Positions 46,287 through 55,778 of a DNA stretch of 64,000 bases are shown piece after piece. Under the pieces are notes generated by a model that ran no database searches, was not told where the DNA came from, and saw only the letters and a program-made list of their open reading frames with translations. The DNA is taken from contig JAJYLD010000004.1 in the NCBI GenBank assembly GCA_021788015.1, positions 3,580-67,579 of the forward strand. The letters are read 5' to 3'. The translations under genes were made by a program, and so were the position numbers. Source of the stretch: a bacterium. GTDB taxonomy: Bacteria > Patescibacteriota > Patescibacteriia > Patescibacteriales > JAKAJF01. The first letter of the stretch is position 1; the number at the start of each line of letters is the position of its first letter.

Positions 46287-47273
46287 ATGATAATTTTTTT
46301 ATACGGCGAGGACACGTTTCGCAGCCGGCAAAAATTAAACGAATTAAAAGACAAATTTTTGCGTGAAGTCGACGCGAGCGGCAACGATTTGTCCGTCATC
46401 GAAGGGGAAACGACGAGCATCGAAAAAATAAACGAGAGAGTAGGCCCCGCTTCTTTATTTTCTCGCGCGCGCATGATTGTTATTGAAAATCTGTTTTTGA
46501 ACAAAAACCAAAATTTGTTTAAACAGGTTTCTGATTTTTTAAAAAAATCGGCAAGGAACGAAAATATTTTGATTTTTTACGAAAGCTTCGGCGGTTCGGA
46601 AAAATTAAACAAAGACAAAGAAGAATTGTTTAAATTTTTGCTGAAACAAAAATACTCCTTGCCCGAATTCAAGCCTTTGACGCAAGCCGGCGTTTCGGCC
46701 TGGGCGAAAAAGGAAGTCGAAAAAAGGGGCGGAAAAATCACGCAAGGGGCTCTTTCGGCCCTGACCGGAATTTTAAGAAACGATTTGTGGCAGATAGAAA
46801 TTGAAATAGAAAAGTTGATTAATTTTAAGGCCGGACAAAAATTGAATTTGCCCGGAGAAATAGAAATCGGGCTCGCCGATGTCGAGAATATGGTCAAAGG
46901 GCGGTTTGATGAAAATATTTTCGCTTTAACCGACGCGATCAGCGCGAAGAACAAGGCTTCGGCCGTAAAGTTGTTGGAAGAGCAGTTTGACGCGGGGGCG
47001 GCCGATATGTATTTGCTTAGCATGATTACGCGGCAATTTCGGATACTCTTGGAAATAAGACAGGCCCTGGACGCCGGTTACAGTTCTAAAAAAATAATAA
47101 GCGTTTTAAAATTGCATCCGTTTATCGTGCAAAAAGGAATCAATCAGGTCAGAAATTTTTCTTTGGAAAGATTGAAAAAGATTTTTAACAAATTGGTCGA
47201 GTGCGATTATTTTTTAAAGAGCGGAAAAGGAGATTTGAAAACCGGTTTGGATTTGTTGATTACGAAAATGTAA
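46287..47273 (+). CDS. holA: DNA polymerase III subunit delta
   Basis: 'MIIFLYGEDTFRSRQKL' start typical of HolA. Length and helical C-terminal domain fit, and 'FALTDAI' is present. Confidence 0.7.
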   Translation: MIIFLYGEDTFRSRQKLNELKDKFLREVDASGNDLSVIEGETTSIEKINERVGPASLFSRARMIVIENLFLNKNQNLFKQVSDFLKKSARNENILIFYESFGGSEKLNKDKEELFKFLLKQKYSLPEFKPLTQAGVSAWAKKEVEKRGGKITQGALSALTGILRNDLWQIEIEIEKLINFKAGQKLNLPGEIEIGLADVENMVKGRFDENIFALTDAISAKNKASAVKLLEEQFDAGAADMYLLSMITRQFRILLEIRQALDAGYSSKKIISVLKLHPFIVQKGINQVRNFSLERLKKIFNKLVECDYFLKSGKGDLKTGLDLLITKM

Positions 47274-47327
47274 ATGATAGAATTAAAAAAATTAAAGTTT
47301 TCTCGAGAGAACTTGATACTTAGTTTC

Positions 47328-47362
47328 AAAAAACACCTCGACTTTCGGCCGAGGTGTTTTTT
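47328..47362. terminator. bidirectional terminator between holA and rpsT
   Basis: 'aaaaaacacctcg actttcggc cgaggtgtttttt'. Confidence 0.75.
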
Positions 47363-47370
47363 AAATAAAT

Positions 47371-47634
47371 TTACTTTGAACTTTTATTTAAGGCTTGATG
47401 CAATCTCGATTTTTTTCGGTCGCGCGTGTTCTTTTTTATGACTCCTTTTTGCGCCGCCTTATCAAGGACTTTTAAGGTTTGCGCCACAAGATCTTTGGCG
47501 GTCGCGTCTTTTCCCGCTATGGCCTTTTTGCTTTTTTTGATCAAATTTTTCAATTCGGTTTTGACCTTGGTGTTGTAAGCCTGTCTTTTTTTGCCTTTGC
47601 GCAATTCTTTTTTCGCTGATTTGATATTTGGCAT
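47371..47634 (-). CDS. rpsT: 30S ribosomal protein S20
   Basis: 'MPNIKSAKKELRKGKKRQAYNTKVKTELKNLIKK'. Confidence 0.9.
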   Translation of the reverse strand: MPNIKSAKKELRKGKKRQAYNTKVKTELKNLIKKSKKAIAGKDATAKDLVAQTLKVLDKAAQKGVIKKNTRDRKKSRLHQALNKSSK

Positions 47635-47881
47635 AATTGTTAACCACTTCCGTTTTTGCGGAATTTTGTTTAGAATAAAAGATAATGAAGCATGTTGTCG
47701 AAAACCGAAGTTTTCTTTGAGACAAAATCACTATAACATTAAATTTTAAATTAAGCAAGAATGAGAGAAAGTTTGCTTTTTTTATTGATTTATGTTAGAA
47801 AAGAGAGTTGTAGTAATTTTAAGGAATGGCTTAAGCTTCCAAAATCAAATTAAACACGATAAGATAGAAGTATATTTATGA

Positions 47882-48599
47882 ATGGGTCTTGTCTAGCAAA
47901 TTTTTGGTATAATGCTAGATATGCCCGTAAAATATAGTAAATTAAGCAATTACAAAATAAAAAAGATTTTAAGGAAATTCTGCATAGAATTAACCGCCGT
48001 GCAAGCATCTAAAGATTTGGATTTAAACCGCCATACTATCGATCGGTATTATCAATTATTTAGAATTAAAATTGAAGAATATCAGGAGCAACAGAAGCGG
48101 AAATTCAGGGGTGAAATCGAAATAGACGAAAGCTGTTTCGGATCAAGGCATTTCGGCGATCCCAGAGGTAGAAGCACGGCAACCAAAATTCCAGTAATCG
48201 GACTATTGAAACGCAATGGCAGGGTATAATACTGAAATAATCCCAAATGCCTCCAGAAACGCAATAATGCCCATAATTGCTAGGTTAATTCAGAAATCAA
48301 AGAGCAATATCTATACGGATAGGTGGCGCAGTTACGACGGGTTGGTGGTATCTGGATACAAGCATCAGAGGATAAACCATTCCAAGGAATTTGCCAAGCA
48401 CCATAATCACATTAACGGCATCGAATCATTCTGGTCTTATGTGAAACGGAAAATGAGAAAACATAATGGCATACCAAAAAAGAATTTTTACCTTTACCTG
48501 AAAGAAGCGGAATTCAGATTCAATAATCGCAACCAAGATTTATTTAAAATATTGTCAAAAATTGTCTTTAAGAGCTAAAATCTTCTAGACAAGACCCAT
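47882..48599 (+). mobile_element. IS1595-family (IS1016-like) insertion sequence, 718 bp
   Basis: 15-bp terminal IRs 'atgggtcttgtctag' (47882-47896) and 'ctagacaagacccat' (48585-48599). Internal ISXO2-like transposase. Confidence 0.75.
47912..48578 (+). pseudogene. IS1595-family transposase split into two overlapping frames (47912..48229 and 48216..48578)
   Basis: ORF1 ends '...IPVIGLLKRNGRV*'. ORF2 continues '..YNTEIIPNASRNAIMPII...YTDRWRSYDGL...HINGIESFWSYVKRKM'. One-nucleotide frame change around 48216-48229. Confidence 0.65.
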
Positions 48600-48770
48600 A
48601 AAATATAAGTTCTTTTGAAGCTAAAAAGCGGAAACAAGGACAATAATAAGGGATTGCGACAAGATTAATCTGGCTGCAAATCTTAACTTGTCAAAATCTT
48701 TTTCAGAGAAGCTCAAATATATCTGAAAAAGATCCCTAAAGTTCTTGTTTACGAGAGCCCGCTTTCAAAT

Positions 48771-48890
48771 ATTTCCGCAGGAAGGGACTGAAACGATCCT
48801 TTTCTCACATTCTCCGACTTTTAATCCAACGGGTTAAAATGTTGGAGAGCGCTCGAAAGAGCATCCTTTCCTGCGGAAATGGTTTTTGGG
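48771..48890 (+). ncRNA. candidate structured RNA (three-way junction plus T-run), class unknown
   Basis: 17-bp closing helix 'atttccgcaggaaggga'/'tcctttcctgcggaaat' (one G-U pair valid only on +). Inner hairpins 'tctccgactttta..taaaatgttggaga' and 'gctc gaaa gagc' (GNRA loop). Followed by 'ggttttt'. Confidence 0.35.
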
Positions 48891-49155
48891 GATCCTGCTT
48901 TGGTTAGCTGTGATCCCCTTCTGTTTTTAAAAAATAATTTTATTATTTTTTAAAAACAGAATACAAAATTCCCTCTCCAATCCTGTAAGCGACATGTTGA
49001 GATCTTTTGCCAGAACGTCTCTCTCCTGGCCGGATCTTTTTCGCTTACAGAATTGGGAAGAAAAAAACGGGATGAATTTTTCATCCCGTTTTGTGTTATT
49101 CCGGAGGGAGTGTGAGCGACTGATAGAATCTCATTTTTACTGTGCGCACGGGATC

Positions 49156-50001
49156 CTATCGCTTCGCTCCGGGATGACAATCTGATGGGGCGGTCTGTTT
49201 CGGAATAAATTTTATGAGCAGGATTATGGAAATGAAAATAATTAACAGGCTCACGTCTTGCGGAACTCTCAGGCCGAAAATTACCGGAGCAAAATCAATG
49301 CGAATGAATTCGGTGACAAATCTTAATAAGGAATAAAGAATGGCGTAGGTGGCGATTATTTTTACATAATCGTAATCGGCGGTTTTTTGTTTTTTAATCA
49401 GGCGTACATGAAGAATTATCAGGACCAGAAAAATTAGAAAATTGCCGATGGATTCGTATAAAAATGACGGATGAAAATAATTGTAAGAAACATATTGCAA
49501 GGGGCGGTTGGCGATATCTATCGGTATTCCCCAAGGCAAACTTGTCGGCTTGCCGAATATTTCCTGGTTAAAATAATTGCCCCATCTTCCGATCGCCTGG
49601 GCAAGGGCGAGACCGGGGGTTAAAACGCTCGCGAGAAGCCAAAAATTAACCTTTTCTTTTTTGGAAAAGTAAAACAAGACCAAAATACCGGCGACAATGC
49701 CGCCATGAATTGCCAGGCCGCCGTTCCAAACTTTAAAGACGTCGAGAGGATGATATTTATAATAATTGAATTCCAAAAGCGAATCGTAAATCCTGGCGCC
49801 AATCAAGCCGAAGATAACCAACAGAAAAGCCAGATCGATAATTTTTTCTTTGTCGATTTTATAATAGGAAGCGATTTTTATGGTGATGAAGATGGCTGAG
49901 ATCACGCCCGCGACGACAAAAAGTCCGTACCAATGGATTTTTACAATGCCGAAGGAAAAAAGGATGGGATCGGGATGGAATGTATGAAGGAAATGAATCA
50001 T
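49156..50001 (-). CDS. lgt: prolipoprotein diacylglyceryl transferase
   Basis: 'HWYGLF', 'GARIYD', 'GGLAIHGG', 'GRWGNYFNQEIFGKPT', 'FHPSFLYES'. Confidence 0.9.
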   Translation of the reverse strand: MIHFLHTFHPDPILFSFGIVKIHWYGLFVVAGVISAIFITIKIASYYKIDKEKIIDLAFLLVIFGLIGARIYDSLLEFNYYKYHPLDVFKVWNGGLAIHGGIVAGILVLFYFSKKEKVNFWLLASVLTPGLALAQAIGRWGNYFNQEIFGKPTSLPWGIPIDIANRPLQYVSYNYFHPSFLYESIGNFLIFLVLIILHVRLIKKQKTADYDYVKIIATYAILYSLLRFVTEFIRIDFAPVIFGLRVPQDVSLLIIFISIILLIKFIPKQTAPSDCHPGAKR

Positions 50002-50153
50002 AATTTTCGAAGCGCCGATTGCGCCGATTTTTGCAATTATGTTATGAGTGGCTGGATAAAGTATAACAGAAAAAGGGTTGAATCATCAAAGGTTTTTATA
50101 CACTTGACCTAATATTAGGAAAACATAAAATAAAAGAAAAAAGGAGGTGGAGC

Positions 50154-50306
50154 ATGTACAAACATAGTCTATGGCATGATAAGAAATTTCTTGGTCTTTT
50201 GTTTTTAGGCGTTATCTCATTTTTCTTTGCGTATATATGGCCTCTTGCAAAAATAGCATTTAAAAATGCCAAGCCTCCTAAAGAAAACCAAAAACCGTCG
50301 GATTAA
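50154..50306 (+). CDS. small membrane protein (50 aa; not in the ORF track)
   Basis: SD 'aaggaggtg' 5 nt upstream. 'MYKHSLWHDKKFLGLLFLGVISFFFAYIWPLAKIAFKNAKPPKENQKPSD'. Terminator 'accgtcgg atta aaccgacggt atttttt' follows. Confidence 0.5.
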   Translation: MYKHSLWHDKKFLGLLFLGVISFFFAYIWPLAKIAFKNAKPPKENQKPSD

Positions 50307-50601
50307 ACCGACGGTATTTTTTATCGATTTTTTGCTCCGCAGGGCCCTCCGCGGGCAGCGGCCCCTTTTTTTTAGAAAAAAGGGACGCAAAAAAGCGCTC
50401 CCTTTGAAAAATTGCTAAATTTTTCCGGTATGCCTGACAAAATTTCAAACTCGCTCCTAACGTCGCTCAAACAGTGAAATTTTGTAACGGCATTTCGAAA
50501 AAATTCTTAACGTAATTTTTCAGAGGTCGCAAATTTTCAATTTTAATTTATATAAAAAGACGCTAATTTTATATTGTCTTAGCGTCTTTGAGTGCCCTGT
50601 T

Positions 50602-53004
50602 TTATTTTGTCACCGGAGCGGAAATTTTAATTTTGCCGAGTTCTTTTTCTTTTTCGGCGACGGCCATGGTTGTTTTAATTACCGTATCCGGATTTAAAGA
50701 GATGCTGTCGATTCCGAGTTCGACCAAGAACTGGGCGAAATCGGGAAAGTCGCTCGGCGCCTGGCCGCAAATCCCAACTTTGGTTTTTGTTTTCTTCGCG
50801 ACCTCGATCAAATGTTTGATCAGCCATTTTACCGATTCGTTTTTTTCATTCGATACGCCCGCCACGTGAAGCTGGCCTGCGTCGCGATCGATGCCCAGAG
50901 TAAGTTGGGTCAAGTCGTTTGAGCCGATGGAAAAGCCGTCGAATTCTTTCGCGAATTTTTCGGCCAAAACGATGTTGGTCGGAATTTCGGCCATGACATA
51001 AATTTCAAGTCCGTTTCTGCCTTGGACAAGTCCGTTTTGCGCCATGATTTCTTTCACCTTTTTTCCTTCTTCGACCGTGCGGCAGAAAGGAATCATGATT
51101 TTTAAATTGGTCAGACCCATATCGTCTCTGACCTTTTTTAAAGCTTGGCATTCGAGATCAAAGGCCGGTTTGTATTTCGGATCATAGTAGCGGGAAGCGC
51201 CGCGCCAGCCGATCATCGGATTCGATTCGACCGGTTCGTATTCCTTGCCGCCGATCAGATTGGCGTATTCGTTAGATTTAAAATCGGAGAGGCGGACAAT
51301 CACGTCTTTGGGCGAAAAAGCGGCGGCGATCACGGCCACGCCTTCGGCCAATTTGTCGATAAAATATTGTTTTTTGTTTTTGTAAGCGGCGGTCAAACGT
51401 TCGATTTCTCTTTTCGCTTTTTGGTCTTTGAGTTTCGGATAATTGATCAAGGCCAAAGGATGAATTTTGATAGCTTCATTAATGATAAATTCTTCGCGGG
51501 CCAAACCGACGCCTTCGTTCGGGATGAAGGAGCTCGGGAACGCCAAATCGGGCGCGCCGATATTCATCATGATTTTTGTTTTCGGCTTTTCCAAATTTTT
51601 AATATCGTTCTTGTAAACTTTGAACGGAATGATGCCGTCATAAACAAATCCCTTGTCGCCCTGGGCGCAGTCAACCGTGATTTTATTGCCGGTTTTTATT
51701 TTCCCGCTCGCGTATTCCGTGCCGACGACGCAAGGAATGCCGAGTTCGCGGGAAACGATGGCGGCGTGGCAGGTGCGACCACCCTTGTCCGTAACGATGG
51801 CGGAAGCGATTTTCATAATCGGTTCCCAATCGGGATCGGTCATGTCGGTCACCAAGACTTGTCCCGGCTTGAATTTGGCGATGTCTTTGACGTCCATAAT
51901 GCGATTGGCGACACCGGAGCCGATTTTATTGCCCACGCTTTGACCCGTAACAATGGTTTTCGCCGGAGTTTTTTCCAGTTTGTATTCTTCAAGAATGGTA
52001 TAATCGCGAACGCTATGAATCGTTTCCGGGCGCGCCTGGATAATAAACAATTCTTTTTTGGCGCCGTCCAAGGCCCATTCGATATCCATCGGCCGTTTGT
52101 AATGTTTCTCGATAAGCATGCCCCATTCCGCCAATTTCAAAACTTGTTCATCCGTAATCGATTGCTTATGCTGGTCGGCCAGACTGACCGGAACGTCTTT
52201 AGTCGGCTTTACGCCTTTGTTGTAAATCATTTTTATTTTTTTCTGACCGATCGAACGGGAAATGATTTTCTTTGTCGGCTTGAACACAAAGAATTCATCA
52301 GGATTAACCTTCCCCTGAACAATATTTTCGCCCAAGCCGTAAATGGAATTTATTAAAACGACATTCGAAAATCCCGATTCCGTATCGATCGTGAACATGA
52401 CTCCGGAAGCGGCCAAATCGCTTCTTATCATTTTTTGCACGCCGACCGACAAAGCGATTTTGAAATGATCAAATTTTTTGTCGACGCGATAAGAAATGGC
52501 GCGGTTGGTAAAAAGGGAAGCGATGCATTTTTTAACGGCGACGAGAAGTTGTTCTTTGCCCTTGATGTTCAGATAAGTTTCCTGCTGGCCGGCGAAAGAA
52601 GCGTCCGGCAAATCTTCGGCCGTTGCCGAAGAGCGAACGGCGACATGGAGATCTCGCGTGTTATATTCTTTTGAGAGTCGATCGTAGGCCGCGAAAATTT
52701 CATTTTTTAAATCATTGGGAAATTTTGCCTTGACAATCGTGTCGCGTACCTTGGCGCCGCGTTTGGCGAGATCGGAGACGTTGCGCGTATTCAATCCGTC
52801 TAAAATTTTTTCAATTTTTTTTCTTAATCCGGCTTCTTTCAAAAAATAATTGTAAGCTTCGGCCGTTGTCGCGAATCCGTTCGGAACCTTTACCCCTTCT
52901 TCGGCCAAATTGCCGTACATCTCTCCGAGAGACGCGTTTTTCCCGCCCACCATCGGCACATCTTTTATGCCGAGTTCGTTAAAAAATTTGATGAAATTGG
53001 ACAT
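50602..53004 (-). CDS. ppsA: phosphoenolpyruvate synthase (pyruvate, water dikinase)
   Basis: 'VGGKNASLGEM', phosphohistidine 'GGRTCHAAIVSRELGIPCVVG', C-terminal PEP-utilizer 'FSIGSNDLTQLTLG'. Confidence 0.95.
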   Translation of the reverse strand: MSNFIKFFNELGIKDVPMVGGKNASLGEMYGNLAEEGVKVPNGFATTAEAYNYFLKEAGLRKKIEKILDGLNTRNVSDLAKRGAKVRDTIVKAKFPNDLKNEIFAAYDRLSKEYNTRDLHVAVRSSATAEDLPDASFAGQQETYLNIKGKEQLLVAVKKCIASLFTNRAISYRVDKKFDHFKIALSVGVQKMIRSDLAASGVMFTIDTESGFSNVVLINSIYGLGENIVQGKVNPDEFFVFKPTKKIISRSIGQKKIKMIYNKGVKPTKDVPVSLADQHKQSITDEQVLKLAEWGMLIEKHYKRPMDIEWALDGAKKELFIIQARPETIHSVRDYTILEEYKLEKTPAKTIVTGQSVGNKIGSGVANRIMDVKDIAKFKPGQVLVTDMTDPDWEPIMKIASAIVTDKGGRTCHAAIVSRELGIPCVVGTEYASGKIKTGNKITVDCAQGDKGFVYDGIIPFKVYKNDIKNLEKPKTKIMMNIGAPDLAFPSSFIPNEGVGLAREEFIINEAIKIHPLALINYPKLKDQKAKREIERLTAAYKNKKQYFIDKLAEGVAVIAAAFSPKDVIVRLSDFKSNEYANLIGGKEYEPVESNPMIGWRGASRYYDPKYKPAFDLECQALKKVRDDMGLTNLKIMIPFCRTVEEGKKVKEIMAQNGLVQGRNGLEIYVMAEIPTNIVLAEKFAKEFDGFSIGSNDLTQLTLGIDRDAGQLHVAGVSNEKNESVKWLIKHLIEVAKKTKTKVGICGQAPSDFPDFAQFLVELGIDSISLNPDTVIKTTMAVAEKEKELGKIKISAPVTK

Positions 53005-53100
53005 GGGTTATAAAAGAAAAAATAAGAGAAATAAGAGAAATAAGATAAATGGAATAAATCTTATTTTTCTTCTTGGTCTTATTTTTCTTATTTTTATTTT

Positions 53101-53430
53101 TTAAAGATTTATTTTTTTACTCCATTTGTAAATATAAGGCATTTCCCAATATTCGCCTTTTAAAGTTTTTAAAATTCCGGCGATCGAAGCGATAACGAAA
53201 ATAATGCTCGCGAAAAACCAGATAACCTGACCCAAAAACGGAATAATATTTATAAATGAAACAACCACTTCGATTATGAACAATATCAAGCCTTGTTTGG
53301 CGTGGAATTGAACGAATTTCGAATCCCTTTTTAAAAACAGAGGGATTAAAAAAAGAATCCAAAAATAAGATAGGGCCGCGACCAAATTGTTTTTTTCCGC
53401 GTCGCGATCCGTGTTTTTTGCTTCGGCCAT
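53101..53430 (-). CDS. DUF4870-like membrane protein
   Basis: 'LVAALSYFWILFLIPLFLKRDSKFVQFHAKQGLILF'. Confidence 0.65.
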   Translation of the reverse strand: MAEAKNTDRDAEKNNLVAALSYFWILFLIPLFLKRDSKFVQFHAKQGLILFIIEVVVSFINIIPFLGQVIWFFASIIFVIASIAGILKTLKGEYWEMPYIYKWSKKINL

Positions 53431-53528
53431 AGAATTAAATTAAAAAATAATTTAAATTTTAAACTGATTATATTATAACATACAATTGACAGAAGCGCCA
53501 TTTAAAATTAAAATTAAAGGAAGTTTTT

Positions 53529-53556
53529 GCAGGCGTGGTGAAATTGGCATATTCAC
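53529..53556 (+). pseudogene. tRNA 5' fragment (acceptor strand plus D arm), tRNA-Leu-like
   Basis: 'GCAGGCG TG GTGA AATTGGCATA TTCAC' parallels 'GTCGGAG TG GTGA AATTGGCAGA CAC' of the tRNA-Leu 40 nt downstream. No anticodon or T arm follows. Confidence 0.5.
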
Positions 53557-53595
53557 CCCGTTATTCATTTGTATGTTACTATATCATGATTATAA

Positions 53596-53677
53596 GTCGG
53601 AGTGGTGAAATTGGCAGACACGCATGCCTTAGGAGCATGTGGGGCAACCCGTGAGAGTTCAAGTCTCTCCTCCGACA
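53596..53677 (+). tRNA. tRNA-Leu (anticodon UAG)
   Basis: GTCGGAG TG GTG AAATTGGCAGA CAC G CATGC CTTAGGA GCATG + variable arm + GAGAG TTCAAGT CTCTC CTCCGAC A. Confidence 0.9.
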
Positions 53678-53856
53678 CAAAAACAAAGAAATGAGTAACG
53701 AGGCAGGCGCATATCTTACCCTCCCGCCTTGCTTCGCAAGGCGAATCGGGGGGGGTATGCGGAGAAACCCTTATACTGTCTGTCGGCAAGCGGGAGTCTC
53801 GCCACCCGCATAAGGAGAAAATAAAAAATCGATTTTTGAAAATAAGGAGGAGGGTC

Positions 53857-55248
53857 ATGCGCATAGCATTTATCGAAGTGGGGAATGGCAGGCGGTTCGA
53901 TGTTTTTAAAGAGTTTACGATTTTCAGGTTGGGAGCACCTCTTTTGGCGACCATACTTCATGAGCGCGGATATAAAGTTCGGGTTTTTGTCGAAGACATC
54001 GGCGGAGTGGACTGGAAATGGGTGAGAAGCGCGGATATAATCTGCGTTTCAACCCTTACATCAACCGCTCCTCGCGCTTATAAAATCGTCAAGGAACTTC
54101 GGGAATCGGGAATATCTGTGATTATGGGGGGTGTTCATCCCACATTTCTTCCCGAAGAATCCTTGCGGTTTTGCGATTACGTTGTCCGCGGCGAGGCCGA
54201 CGAAACGCTTCCTATGCTTATCGACCTTTTGGAATCGAAAGGAAAAGTATATCCAATCGATATCCCCGGAGTGTCCTACATGAATAATCTAGGACAGACG
54301 ATTAACAATCCTCTTCTTCCCGATCATTTCGTCGATCTGGACGAATTGCCGGCTCCCGATTTTGAGCTCATTTACAATCAAAAAAACATACCCATCTATC
54401 CTCTTTCCACCAGTCGGGGCTGTCCTTTCAACTGCAGTTTTTGTTCGGTTGTGCCCATGTTCGGGCATAAGTACCGTTTTAGATCGGTTGAAAAAACCGT
54501 CAGCGATATCAAGGGAATTCCTCCGAACGCCAAAATATTTTTTGTCGATGATAACATCGGCGGAAATAAAGCTCGTTTAAGGGAGCTTTGCAGATGGATC
54601 GGGATAGTGGGGACGGGACGAAAATGGTCGGCCCAAGTCCGCACGGATGTGGCGAAAGAACCGGGGCTGATGGCGGCCATGAAAGAGGCGGGATGCACCA
54701 CTCTTTATGTCGGGCTTGAATCTATAAATCCGTCATCCCTTATCGAGGGGAATAAAAAGCAAAAACGCGAAGATATCGTGAATTTCCTTGAAGAGGCCGA
54801 AAGAAACAAAATCAACGTACACGGCATGTTTGTTGTAGGCTTCGATTCGGACGCGAGGGATGAAGCGAAAAAAATCGCCAAGTTCGCTCGTGAACACGGG
54901 AGCATAGGCACCATTCAGATCATGGTTTTAACGCCTCTTCCCGGGACTCCTTTTTATGAGGAGATGGTAAAAGAAAAAAGAATTATCCATAAGGAATGGA
55001 AATTTTATAATGGCCATCGGGTCGTGTTTACGCCAAAAAACACTTCTGTCTCCCGACTTCAGACGGACACTCTCAAGGGAATGCTTTCGTTTTATAATTT
55101 AAGCTATCTCTTGAAGGGCCTAAAAAGGGGCTGGCGCGAAAACAATTGGTTTTACGCTTTAAAGGTTTGGCCTTATGCGCAAGTTGCGCTTAGGACAAAT
55201 ATCATGGAAGCGCGCCGGTATCTTAAAGATATTAACAAGCAAAGTTGA
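53857..55248 (+). CDS. B12-binding-domain radical SAM protein
   Basis: SD 'aaggaggaggg' before 'MRIAFIEVG'. N-terminal Rossmann-like B12-binding region. 'STSRGCPFNCSFCSV' CxxxCxxC cluster. 'GLESINPSSL'. Confidence 0.85.
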   Translation: MRIAFIEVGNGRRFDVFKEFTIFRLGAPLLATILHERGYKVRVFVEDIGGVDWKWVRSADIICVSTLTSTAPRAYKIVKELRESGISVIMGGVHPTFLPEESLRFCDYVVRGEADETLPMLIDLLESKGKVYPIDIPGVSYMNNLGQTINNPLLPDHFVDLDELPAPDFELIYNQKNIPIYPLSTSRGCPFNCSFCSVVPMFGHKYRFRSVEKTVSDIKGIPPNAKIFFVDDNIGGNKARLRELCRWIGIVGTGRKWSAQVRTDVAKEPGLMAAMKEAGCTTLYVGLESINPSSLIEGNKKQKREDIVNFLEEAERNKINVHGMFVVGFDSDARDEAKKIAKFAREHGSIGTIQIMVLTPLPGTPFYEEMVKEKRIIHKEWKFYNGHRVVFTPKNTSVSRLQTDTLKGMLSFYNLSYLLKGLKRGWRENNWFYALKVWPYAQVALRTNIMEARRYLKDINKQS

Positions 55249-55386
55249 AACTTTGCTTTTTTTATTGATTTTTTTTCGATTTTATGCTAGAATTATCAAA
55301 TCAAAGCAGAAGAAGGGAATAAAAATTCAGCATAGGCCGGAGGATGATCTATAGATAGAAATTAGATGAAAATTCGGAGGGCGGAA

Positions 55387-55743
55387 ATGAGCAGAAAAGA
55401 ACAAGGCGGTGTTTCAGATGCAATTTTGCGAGCCGTCCTAACGGAACGGCTTAGAAAAAAAATGGAAATACCGAAGCTGGTAAGGGAAATCGAAAAAATT
55501 GCCAGAGCAGCTAAGGTAGAAGCGGATCCGCTTATCATTAAGAGTTTTGATAATGCTTTTAGGGATTTGAACAAGGAAGTAAAGGAAGAGCTTGAAAAAA
55601 TAAAAAAAAGCCATCAGGCTCGAAGCAAAGGAGCCAAGCGGGCGCATGAAAAAAGGAGAAAGAAACAAAAGCCAGAGAAGGTTTTTAAGAAAAAGCCGGG
55701 CAGAAAACCGCGCAAAAGCGAAAAAGAGAACATTCCAACTTGA
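55387..55743 (+). CDS. highly basic K/R/E-rich protein (118 aa)
   Basis: SD 'ggaggg' 5 nt upstream of the ATG at 55387. C-terminal tail 'KGAKRAHEKRRKKQKPEKVFKKKPGRKPRKSEK'. Confidence 0.5.
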   Translation: MSRKEQGGVSDAILRAVLTERLRKKMEIPKLVREIEKIARAAKVEADPLIIKSFDNAFRDLNKEVKEELEKIKKSHQARSKGAKRAHEKRRKKQKPEKVFKKKPGRKPRKSEKENIPT

Positions 55744-55778
55744 ATCCCCCAAATCTTTCCATAGGAGTTTAATCTTCT

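Noticed and set aside
47765-47800. Shared string 'tttgctttttttattgattt' here and at 55247-55275
   Set aside because: Both occurrences look like ordinary hairpin-plus-T-run terminators ('gcaaagt..actttgcttttttt'). The similarity is short and A/T-dominated, so it is probably convergent.
48771-48794. CRISPR array
   Set aside because: There is only one repeat-like unit plus an inverted partial copy. There are no spacer-repeat periodicity and no cas genes in the window.
51145-52356. 403-aa ORF on the + strand
   Set aside because: It is antisense to the well-supported ppsA gene. The translation is low-complexity (F/R/N/G-rich) with no motifs, a typical shadow ORF.
53680-53856. Cobalamin riboswitch in front of the B12-binding radical SAM gene
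   Set aside because: I did not recognise a B12 box ('...AGYCMGgAgaCCkGCc...'). Only generic GC-rich helices are present. It is kept as a low-level note inside the radical SAM finding, pending an Rfam scan.
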